Below are positions 7,918-15,688 of a stretch of DNA of 32,000 nucleotides, piece after piece. Below the pieces are notes generated by a model. It did no database searches. It was not told where the DNA came from and saw nothing but the letters and a program-made list of their open reading frames with translations. Source of the stretch: Methanothermobacter thermautotrophicus str. Delta H (GTDB taxonomy: Archaea; Methanobacteriota; Methanobacteria; Methanobacteriales; Methanothermobacteraceae); assembly GCF_000008645.1 (NCBI RefSeq), contig NC_000916.1, forward strand, positions 210,001 through 242,000, written 5' to 3'. The position numbers and the translations under genes are program-made. The first letter of the stretch is position 1, and each line of letters begins with the position of its first letter.

Positions 7918-7954
7918 AAAGTTAAAAACAATTAAAGTATAATCATACCATAAT

Positions 7955-8908
7955 GTGGTTCAGTTAATTTATGGTGATTCTATGAGTGGACTTAAATTCT
8001 CGCCGGTTGAGTTTGAAAGGGAGATTCAGGCAAGGGAGATGGCATTATCGGGTATAGCCAGTTCAAGGACCAGGATTGAGGGTCTGAAGTCGGAGATACT
8101 GAGAAACCTGGATGAAATTCCTGATGGGGCATGGAAGAGGTCTCCTGAAATTGCGGGGGTGAAATCCTGGATTAATGGGGCCACGGATGTATATATCGAC
8201 AGCACGATGAACAGCAACGAACTCCAGAAAATTGAGAGTGACCTCAAACGTACTGAGAAGATGGCCAGGGAACTGCTGGGGACCGTGGTCGATATAAAGG
8301 TTAAGGCCAGAAGGGAAAGGAGGGTCATGTTAAAACTTGAGAGTATCAATGCAGGATTTAATTGGAAAAAGGACCTTCTTGAGAAGTGGAAGTCTTCGGA
8401 TTCAGAGAGGTTCAGGGAGAAGATTGAGAGGGCCATGGAGGCCGTGAAAAGGGGGGACTTCAGCGGGGCCGAAACCAGGATTCCAGGTCTTGAAGATGAA
8501 CTGAGAGACCTCATCGAGGAAGCCGAGAAACTCGAATCAAACGACAGGATGCGCAGGCATGTTCTCTCTTCCGTTAAAGAGGTCGCTGAAAGGATGGGCT
8601 GGAAGGAAGTTTCAGAACCATACCTTGAGGATGATAAGGACCCATCCAGCCCCCTCATATATGAGCTGAAATCATATTCCGCGGGAAAGATGCGCTTTTC
8701 ACTTACCATGGACAGAATAGATGTTGAATCACCATTTTCAGCTGAAGATGGAGCCTGTTATGAACAGTTCGACAGATTCTCAGAGAAACTCCAGGAATAT
8801 GGTATCCGGACAAAATTCGAAGGGAACCAGGGAGGACCCAGGAATAAACCAGTCTTAAAGGAGAAGAAAGCAAAGAGGCTTCCAGAAAGTCGCATGAGAA
8901 GGATATGA
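7955..8908 (+). CDS. coiled-coil protein, unknown function (cluster gene 1)
   Basis: 317 aa, rich in charged and heptad-like helical sequence, with a small C-terminal mixed domain. An alternative start is ATG 7982, preceded by GGTGAT. I recognised no catalytic motif. Confidence 0.7.
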   Translation: MVQLIYGDSMSGLKFSPVEFEREIQAREMALSGIASSRTRIEGLKSEILRNLDEIPDGAWKRSPEIAGVKSWINGATDVYIDSTMNSNELQKIESDLKRTEKMARELLGTVVDIKVKARRERRVMLKLESINAGFNWKKDLLEKWKSSDSERFREKIERAMEAVKRGDFSGAETRIPGLEDELRDLIEEAEKLESNDRMRRHVLSSVKEVAERMGWKEVSEPYLEDDKDPSSPLIYELKSYSAGKMRFSLTMDRIDVESPFSAEDGACYEQFDRFSEKLQEYGIRTKFEGNQGGPRNKPVLKEKKAKRLPESRMRRI

Positions 8909-8923
8909 TGGAGATGTTGATCC

Positions 8924-10774
8924 ATGGCAGTATGGCAGGATAACCTTAAAAGACTGCTGAATCAGAAAGAGGTACTCATAATCCACGGAAACATAAGGGA
9001 CACCGCATACCTCACCGAGGAAGGAAACCTCGTCAGGGGCCTCACAGACCTTATCAACAGGACCGGCAGGGAACTTGGATACGATAAGACAGTGAGCTGG
9101 GGTTCATTCTTTGACCATGAAGGGAGGGGCCACTCCCCCATGTGGTCACTTGAAAGGATCACACCACTCAATGGGGACCAGCCAGAGATAAGGGAAACCG
9201 AAAGCCAGGACAGAGTCAGTGACGTACTCCACAGATGGCTGGAGGACGAAATAACCTCCATTGATGAGAAAAAGATCTTTATTATAAATTACATCGACAA
9301 GATCACAGGCTACGCTCCAGATGGAATGTACTCTGAACCCACAGCAGAACTTGTGACGCTCATACAGAAGATAATAGAGAACATATCTGAAAACAACCGC
9401 CTCATAATGATCGCCCTCAGGGACACGATGATCCCGGTTGAGTACTATACGAACTCGCCCCGTGTAGCAGTGATGGAGATACCCCTCCCTGACAGAGCAG
9501 AGAGACACCTTTACTATTCCACAACACTGGCCTCAGCAAGCATCCCATCCGATCAGATAGACTTACTCTCCAACATCACAGAGGGCCTCTACATGAAGGA
9601 CCTCGAAAACATCCTCAGCGACGTCCTGGAAGAAATTGATGAGAACCAGGAAGTCTCCTCTTCAATGCTGAGAAAAATAGTTAACAGGTACCGTATAGGT
9701 ACCGAAGAGGATCCATGGAGCAGGATACCACTCACAGGGCCTCCAAAGGGGCTTCTGGACTCGGCAGAGAACTGGTTTCTGGAGAGGGTTGTCGGACAGG
9801 ATCATGCGGTCAGGGAGATAGTGAATGCAATAAAGAAGGCACGTTCAGGTGTCGTGGGCCTTTCATCGGGGGGACAGTCAAAACCAAAGGCAACGTTCTT
9901 CTTCGCAGGGCCTACAGGTGTTGGTAAAACATTCCTGGCCAAAAAACTGGCAGAGTACCTGTTTGATACGGAGGAAGCATTTTTAAGGTTTGACATGAGT
10001 GAATTCAAGGAAGAGCACACAGTATCAAAGCTCATAGGTTCTCCTCCAGGTTATGTTGGATATGAACAGGGAGGACAGCTCACCAACGCCATAAAGAACA
10101 GACCATTCTCGGTCATCCTCTTTGATGAGATCGAAAAGGCTCACCCCAAGATAATGGATATATTCCTTCAGATCCTTGATGATGGACGCCTCACAGACAG
10201 CAGGGGACAGACGGTCTTCTTCACAGAGAGCGTGATAATATTCACATCCAACATCGGGACCAGAACCGTGGACAGCAGGGGAAACACCACATCTGAACAG
10301 AGGAAACTTGATGAAATAATAAATGACAGCGATCTCTCTGACTCTGAAAGGGAGAGAAGGGTGAGGGAACACTTCACGCGCAGTGTTAGAGAGTTCTTCA
10401 TGCATGAGATATCAAGAAGAGAACTTCTTAACAGGATAGGCTCACATATAATAGCCTTCAACTACCTGAAAAAATCAGATTACCAGGTGAACATAATTGA
10501 AAACAAACTCAAGGACATTTCAGAGAACTTCCGCGACAAATTCGCAGGCAGGGGGCACCGGCTCCACCTCTCCGGGGAATTAACTGGATATTTCCTTGAG
10601 AAGTATGGAGATTCAATATCAGAGTTCGGGGGCAGAGGTCTTGTAAATGCCCTTGAAGATGAAATAGGGAACATAGTGGCTGACCAGCTGCTCCTTGCAG
10701 AGGAGAGGGGAATGTCAGATATAAATTTCGAAGTATATGTTGATGGGGATGTAATCAGATGCCGGAGATCATGA
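8924..10774 (+). CDS. tandem AAA+ ATPase: degenerate N-terminal AAA-like half + ClpA/ClpB D2-type active half with ClpB_D2-small-like C-terminus (cluster gene 2)
   Basis: Walker A GPTGVGKT is at 9908-9931 and Walker B VILFDEIEKA at ~10115-10141. Clp-D2 hallmarks are present: LRFDMSEFKEEHTVSKLIGSPPGYVGYEQGGQLT and DGRLTDSRGQTV..IIFTSN. The N-terminal half has HGNIRDT where a P-loop would sit, so there is no GK[ST]. Confidence 0.85.
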   Translation: MAVWQDNLKRLLNQKEVLIIHGNIRDTAYLTEEGNLVRGLTDLINRTGRELGYDKTVSWGSFFDHEGRGHSPMWSLERITPLNGDQPEIRETESQDRVSDVLHRWLEDEITSIDEKKIFIINYIDKITGYAPDGMYSEPTAELVTLIQKIIENISENNRLIMIALRDTMIPVEYYTNSPRVAVMEIPLPDRAERHLYYSTTLASASIPSDQIDLLSNITEGLYMKDLENILSDVLEEIDENQEVSSSMLRKIVNRYRIGTEEDPWSRIPLTGPPKGLLDSAENWFLERVVGQDHAVREIVNAIKKARSGVVGLSSGGQSKPKATFFFAGPTGVGKTFLAKKLAEYLFDTEEAFLRFDMSEFKEEHTVSKLIGSPPGYVGYEQGGQLTNAIKNRPFSVILFDEIEKAHPKIMDIFLQILDDGRLTDSRGQTVFFTESVIIFTSNIGTRTVDSRGNTTSEQRKLDEIINDSDLSDSERERRVREHFTRSVREFFMHEISRRELLNRIGSHIIAFNYLKKSDYQVNIIENKLKDISENFRDKFAGRGHRLHLSGELTGYFLEKYGDSISEFGGRGLVNALEDEIGNIVADQLLLAEERGMSDINFEVYVDGDVIRCRRS

Positions 10775-11826
10775 ACCTTTACTGTGAGGTGAACCTGACA
10801 ACGCCCCTGGTCCTTGTGCTTGAGCCATCACCGGTCCTCTGGGAGGATATAATGAAGGTTTCAGCTGAAGTTATCGATTCCTTCCCGGGGAGGGTTAACA
10901 GGGTCTACTTCCCTGGCCAGAGGGAACACGAAGCCATCAGAACCTCCGGGGACCTCCGGAGAGATGGTCCGCGATGTCTCAGCAGGGGCAGGAACAGACC
11001 CCTTCTAATAAACCCGGTCCTTGAGAAACTCAATGAGGAAAAATTCACAGGTATCATAATCCTTGTTTCATCACGGGTCCCCATTGATATTGAGGACTGG
11101 GAGGGTACGGATGTCCCTGAGAGGCTGGTCTTCATCAACATGGGTGATGGGGACATTGAAGGCCCCTACAGGGTTATCGGCAGATCAAACATCAACCTCC
11201 AGATAGCTCCCCTCCTAAACAATGAGCCTACCGAGGTTTTTGTTTCCGGTGATGGCTTTGTCCCGTTGCGTTACAGTGTTGAGCCATTCAGATCATCAGA
11301 GATAGTGTTCAGGGATGGGGACTTCCTCCTGAATATTGAACCATCATCTGAGCCTTTAAAAATCCACCTTGCAGCAATCTGTAAGGACAGAGTTCCAGAA
11401 CTCAATATAAGACGTCAGAGGGGGTCACTGACAGAGAGGGTAGGTTTTAAGGAGGAAAGGCCCTGGTTTGATCAGAAATGGAATAAGATCCCTGATGATC
11501 TGAGGGACATCATCAGATCCGCCACAGAGAAAAGGGACTTCAAATGCCCCAGCTGCGGTGAAAAACACGCCTTTGATACCATGACATGCCCCTCCGGGGA
11601 CCTGATTTTAAGGGGACTGCCCGCAGGCAGATGCATCCTCTTCAGGGGAGATGAATACATTTCACTGGCAGATGCCCATGCATATCCCCTGGAGGATGGG
11701 AAGATAATAACCGCGGAGGGTAAGATTTACCGTCTGAAGGATGATGGTGGATGGGAGTACCTGAAGGACGTGGAACCATACGAGAGGGTTGATGATGATC
11801 TATTCGCATTATTCTATAGTATTTGA
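10759..11826 (+). CDS. degenerate vWA-like domain protein with C-terminal Zn-ribbon (cluster gene 3)
   Basis: ATG 10771 overlaps the upstream stop as ATGA (10771-10774). The strand pattern LVLVLEPSPV...GRNRPLLINPVLEKL...GIIILVSSRVPID resembles a vWA fold with the MIDAS DxSxS replaced by EPSPV. A CPSCGEKHAFDTMTCPSGD Zn-ribbon follows. The domain call is by eye only. Confidence 0.6.
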   Translation: MPEIMNLYCEVNLTTPLVLVLEPSPVLWEDIMKVSAEVIDSFPGRVNRVYFPGQREHEAIRTSGDLRRDGPRCLSRGRNRPLLINPVLEKLNEEKFTGIIILVSSRVPIDIEDWEGTDVPERLVFINMGDGDIEGPYRVIGRSNINLQIAPLLNNEPTEVFVSGDGFVPLRYSVEPFRSSEIVFRDGDFLLNIEPSSEPLKIHLAAICKDRVPELNIRRQRGSLTERVGFKEERPWFDQKWNKIPDDLRDIIRSATEKRDFKCPSCGEKHAFDTMTCPSGDLILRGLPAGRCILFRGDEYISLADAHAYPLEDGKIITAEGKIYRLKDDGGWEYLKDVEPYERVDDDLFALFYSI

Positions 11827-12390
11827 TCGAACAGGATTTCCATTGATCCAGCTGGACAGCTGGGATCATTCCATCGGCCTGTTCCCTGTCAGCAAGTACC
11901 AGTTTGAACGTTTCCTTGTGGATGATGAGGGCTCTGACTACACCGATGAGTGGTACAGGGGGGTCCTGGAATTGAATCCCCGCAGGAGCTGAGGAACCCG
12001 GGTGATAGGGTATGGGAGTTATTCATCACGGGTCTGGATCTTGATGTTATTGAGGACTTCCTCGGCTACCTCGGACCTGAATACAGACTGCCCACCCTGG
12101 ATGAATGGAAGGCCCTTCTTGAACTATCTGAGGGTATAGCTGAAGTATCCCCTGCTCTTAAAATGATCTGCAATGGTAGATCCCCGGAGCCGGTTCTTCA
12201 CTGGCTGGAAGCCGGTCTCTGTCCCCTTATGAGGGAGGGAATTTTTGAGAGGATCCATGGAATTGAGAATAGGGTCGCTGGAAAACCCTTTCACAGTCTT
12301 CTCCCAAATACATGGGCCCCAGAAGAACTCAAGGAGGTTAAAATGGACATGGTTCAGGGCATGATTGGATTCAGGGTTGTAAGGGGATGA
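11789..12390 (+). pseudogene. minimal FGE-sulfatase (SUMF1/'FGS')-like domain protein, split by one frame break (cluster gene 4)
   Basis: Two collinear ORFs, 11789..11992 in frame 2 and 11950..12390 in frame 1. Together they carry PVSKYQFERFL, YRLPTLDEWKALLE (compare RLPTEAEWE) and the terminal IGFRVVRG, all typical FGE-sulfatase landmarks. The break lies between 11950 and 11992, near G6 (11958-11963) and C4 (11978-11981). Confidence 0.6.
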
Positions 12391-12510
12391 TGGTGGTGTG
12401 TCCGTGTGAATTCTGCAGTGGGTGCTGAATTATTTATGGGGGATGATGGTGTATCTCTACGTCCTGGTTTAGGAGGTACTGAATCTGTACTGGAATCATG
12501 GAGGTATATT

Positions 12511-13119
12511 ATGGGTAAACTGAGGGTTGGCAGGTTTCTTATATCCTCAAGGGTTAATGGTCCTGGAAGAAGGTTTGTCATATGGTTTCAGGGGTGTCCC
12601 ATCCGCTGCAGGGGGTGTCTGAATCCGGAGTTCCATGATGAGGATGGCGGCCATCTCATTGAAACTGCCCGGCTGGTTGATATGATCAGGGATCTCAGGG
12701 ATGAAATAGAGGGGGTGACCTTCACCGGTGGCGAACCCCTCGCCCAGGCCATGGAGCTGGTGAAGCTTGCCGGGGCTGTTAAGTCGATGGGCCTCACAGT
12801 GGTATGCTTCACAGGATATGAAATGGATGAAATCCTTAAAGGGAACATAGAGGGCGGGCTCGAGCTCCTTGAATTTGTAGATGTGCTCATAGACGGCCCT
12901 TACATTGAGGAAAAGAGTGCGCCGTTGCTCTGGCGTGGAAGCACAAATCAGGATGTTTATTTTCTTACAGAACGCTATGCTGAATTCAGGGACAGGGTGA
13001 TGGCCTGTTCTGAAATGGAAGCTGAACTCAAAGTAGGTGCAGATGGTGTTTACATGACCGGAATCTTTGATGTTGAATTCTGGGAGGAACTCAGAAGGAG
13101 GCTGGGTGATGGATCTTAG
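12511..13119 (+). CDS. NrdG/PflA-type radical-SAM activating-enzyme homologue (cluster gene 5)
   Basis: VNGPGRRFVIWFQGCPIRCRGCLNPE contains the Cx3Cx2C cluster at 12595-12618. FTGGEPL, CFTGYEMDEIL and VDVLIDGPYIEEKSAPLLWRGSTNQ are collinear with class III RNR activase NrdG. The probable start is ATG 12511 after GGAGGT; the track ORF starts at 12406. Confidence 0.85.
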   Translation: MGKLRVGRFLISSRVNGPGRRFVIWFQGCPIRCRGCLNPEFHDEDGGHLIETARLVDMIRDLRDEIEGVTFTGGEPLAQAMELVKLAGAVKSMGLTVVCFTGYEMDEILKGNIEGGLELLEFVDVLIDGPYIEEKSAPLLWRGSTNQDVYFLTERYAEFRDRVMACSEMEAELKVGADGVYMTGIFDVEFWEELRRRLGDGS

Positions 13120-14122
13120 ATGTCCCTACTGCCTGAATGAGACCAGACCTGAACTCAAACCGGGGATCGGCTACTGCTGCAGGGAATGTCAGGAGGCACT
13201 CCCAAAGGATTATGTTGACCCCCTTAACTCAAGGGCCAGGATAGGTCTTGTCGGATTCACGGGTCACGGAAAGACGGTTTATCTTACAAGCCTCTTTTAT
13301 ACCCTGAGGGTCCTTTCAAACAGGGATATATGGAGGAACTTCTCATGGCGCACCTGTGATGACCACACCCATAAAATAAAATATTCAGATGTCAGGAAAT
13401 TTGAAAACTCAAGGCTTCCAGCGAGCACACCTGAAAATTTTCCCAGACCCGCCCTCATACATCTGCAGAATGTTCCATCCATGGGTGACATCTTCCTCAG
13501 CTTCTATGATACGGCGGGAAGGGTTTATGAAAGCGCCGAAAAGATAACCGATATGGGAAGATTCGTTGCCCATGCCGACACGGTGTTCTTTCTCATAAGC
13601 CTCAGTGAGAGCGGCCTTGGTGAGTGTGATATGGGTGATGTGAGTTTTGAAATGGAGCGTCTCCTTGATATATACATAAGGGGGGTCTATGAGAAGATGC
13701 ATGTTGACCTTTCAGATAAGCAGGAAATGGTTGTGCTTCTGACAAAGGCCGATGAGATTGACATCCTCCCTGAGGACCTCCATAAATTTTTAAACGAATC
13801 TTCATGTAACTGGTGGATGAATGATGACCTGGAGGCCAGATTCAGTGCCCTTGATAACTATTCTGAGAGGATAAGGGAATGGCTGAGAAGTGAGGGCTGT
13901 GGAGGATTTGTTAATCTGGCTGAAAACAATTTTAAAGGTGTTAAGTATACACTGATCTCATCAACAGGTGCCAGTCCAGTGGGGGATACCCTGGTCACGA
14001 AACTTGAACCGGAGCACCCAAAGGGGGTCATCAATCCACTCGTCTTTGCAATGAGGAGCGCATGCTCCCGTGAATCAGCACAGGGTGTCAGGAGTTTTAT
14101 TGGCAAAATCAGGAGGAGGTAG
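13109..14122 (+). CDS. Zn-ribbon + TRAFAC-class P-loop GTPase (cluster gene 6)
   Basis: The N-terminus CPYC...CCRECQ is a Zn-ribbon. G1 GFTGHGKT is at 13253-13276, G3 DTAG at 13508-13519 and G4 TKAD at 13742-13753. The probable start is ATG 13109, 8 nt after GGAGG, overlapping the radical-SAM stop; the track start is 13067. Confidence 0.8.
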   Translation: MDLRCPYCLNETRPELKPGIGYCCRECQEALPKDYVDPLNSRARIGLVGFTGHGKTVYLTSLFYTLRVLSNRDIWRNFSWRTCDDHTHKIKYSDVRKFENSRLPASTPENFPRPALIHLQNVPSMGDIFLSFYDTAGRVYESAEKITDMGRFVAHADTVFFLISLSESGLGECDMGDVSFEMERLLDIYIRGVYEKMHVDLSDKQEMVVLLTKADEIDILPEDLHKFLNESSCNWWMNDDLEARFSALDNYSERIREWLRSEGCGGFVNLAENNFKGVKYTLISSTGASPVGDTLVTKLEPEHPKGVINPLVFAMRSACSRESAQGVRSFIGKIRRR

Positions 14123-15622
14123 GTGTTCATGGAAATATACCAGTTTGTATACACCAAGGTGCCACCTGAAGAATCTCCATGGAATATAAGGGATTTTCAC
14201 ACAGTCTTCTATCCTGTGGATCTTATTTCAAGGGAAGACCTTTATGAAATGGAGAGAATGATACACAAGCCACAGATAGATGGCTTTAGAGATAAATTAA
14301 CGGTTTTTTACAGGAAGATAGATGATATGGATTATCTTGCAATCCTTTACCTCACTGACCTTCCTGAGGAGAGGGATGTCTTTGGGAGGGGAGGCCTCTT
14401 CCTGTGCCATGGATTTTTATTCCCGCCTGAAATCTGGATGATGGCTCAAACACCCCTTGAACTCTTTGATATCGTGAAAGGCCATGTATTTAATGGGATC
14501 GAAGACCTTTTAAACTCAGGAATCGTTGACAGGAATAGCGGTAACATTGAGGCTATAGAGATTTCAGGTTATTCTCCCCCCGGGGATATGCGCCCCCCAC
14601 TGTCCGATGACCTTAAACTGAAGATAACATCATACCTTTTTAAGATGGCTTCAGGGATCAGGGACTGCCCACCTCTGCTTTTAGCCGGTGAACCCTCTGA
14701 TGTATCAGAACTGCTGGATGAGGTTCTCTTCTACATCCCGGATGAACTGAAGGTCAACCTTGGATGGGATTCAGCCTTTGATGGAGGCAGCCTCTACCAT
14801 TATCCCCTTAAAATACTCGGATTCCAGGAGGAAATGCCCTATGGAGGGAACCCTGTTTCTGTTGACCTGTATAACCGAACAGTTGATTGCCCGGGCGAAT
14901 CAGCAGGGCTTTTACATCCCGTTTCAACCTATGAGAGATGGCTGGAGAACTGTGATGAAAGAGTTTCAAGGGAGGATATCAATGCAGCCTACCGGCTGTC
15001 GCTCCTGGTTGATTCCATGGAGCCACCCTCCTCAGTTGAGGAGGTAATGCCCCAGCTGGAAAACTTTTCTTACATCAACAGGGACCCCATTGAGGGGCAG
15101 TTCAGGAGAAAATTCCATGAAGTCTTTGGCATGACCCTCACTGATCCTGATTTACCTCCGGCGACCATGCTGAAGTTCCTCATTGAGGGCGCATCATGTG
15201 ATTCCATGGCGGGTTTCATTGAGTCACTGGTTCTTGATGGTTATCTCACTGAGGAGGACATAAAACTTCCAGGGGAGGTCACAGAGAGGAGCAGGATTCT
15301 GATGACCATTCAGAGGTTATGGGATGGTGCTGATATCACTGACGAAATCATGGAATCTGATTCTGAAGAACGCCGCCATATATTCGCATATCTAATCGGA
15401 ACCGGACTTTTGATGAAAAATGAATCACTTAAAGACTTATTGAGGGATAATGAGGATTTTAACGCTTTACTGGAGGAGAGGGAGGATCTTTTTGATATTT
15501 TAAATAACTCTGGATTCTCTGTATCTGGAAGTGAGTCCGCAGATGATCCTGAAGATGGATCTGACATCATAAATCTGAATAAAGTGAAGATGGTAATATC
15601 AGGGTTATTCAGGAGGCACTGA
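14123..15622 (+). CDS. large unknown protein, possible GTPase-associated (GAP1-like) partner (cluster gene 7)
   Basis: 499 aa, abutting the GTPase stop (14120-14122) with an AGGAGGAGG SD; an ATG is at 14129. The N-terminal YQFVYTKV... and ...RDVFGRGGLFLCHGFLFP resemble my recollection of GAP1-N-type domains, but that family assignment is unverified. The C-terminus is acidic and helical. Confidence 0.7.
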   Translation: MFMEIYQFVYTKVPPEESPWNIRDFHTVFYPVDLISREDLYEMERMIHKPQIDGFRDKLTVFYRKIDDMDYLAILYLTDLPEERDVFGRGGLFLCHGFLFPPEIWMMAQTPLELFDIVKGHVFNGIEDLLNSGIVDRNSGNIEAIEISGYSPPGDMRPPLSDDLKLKITSYLFKMASGIRDCPPLLLAGEPSDVSELLDEVLFYIPDELKVNLGWDSAFDGGSLYHYPLKILGFQEEMPYGGNPVSVDLYNRTVDCPGESAGLLHPVSTYERWLENCDERVSREDINAAYRLSLLVDSMEPPSSVEEVMPQLENFSYINRDPIEGQFRRKFHEVFGMTLTDPDLPPATMLKFLIEGASCDSMAGFIESLVLDGYLTEEDIKLPGEVTERSRILMTIQRLWDGADITDEIMESDSEERRHIFAYLIGTGLLMKNESLKDLLRDNEDFNALLEEREDLFDILNNSGFSVSGSESADDPEDGSDIINLNKVKMVISGLFRRH

Positions 15623-15688
15623 GTGTCTTCATAGTCTGAATGGACAATATAAGAAAAATAAAAAAGGGATATCAGCTCACCATCCATT

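Noticed and set aside
8924-10774. Calling the AAA+ protein a housekeeping ClpB/ClpA chaperone.
   Set aside because: It lacks a functional first nucleotide-binding domain, a Clp N-domain and the ClpB middle coiled-coil. Only the D2 half is Clp-like, and its gene context is not proteostasis-related.
7955-15622. Possibility that the candidate system sits on an identifiable mobile element or prophage.
   Set aside because: I found no integrase, transposase, tRNA attachment site or flanking direct repeats in the window. Composition by eye resembles the surroundings, so mobility cannot be claimed from this sequence.
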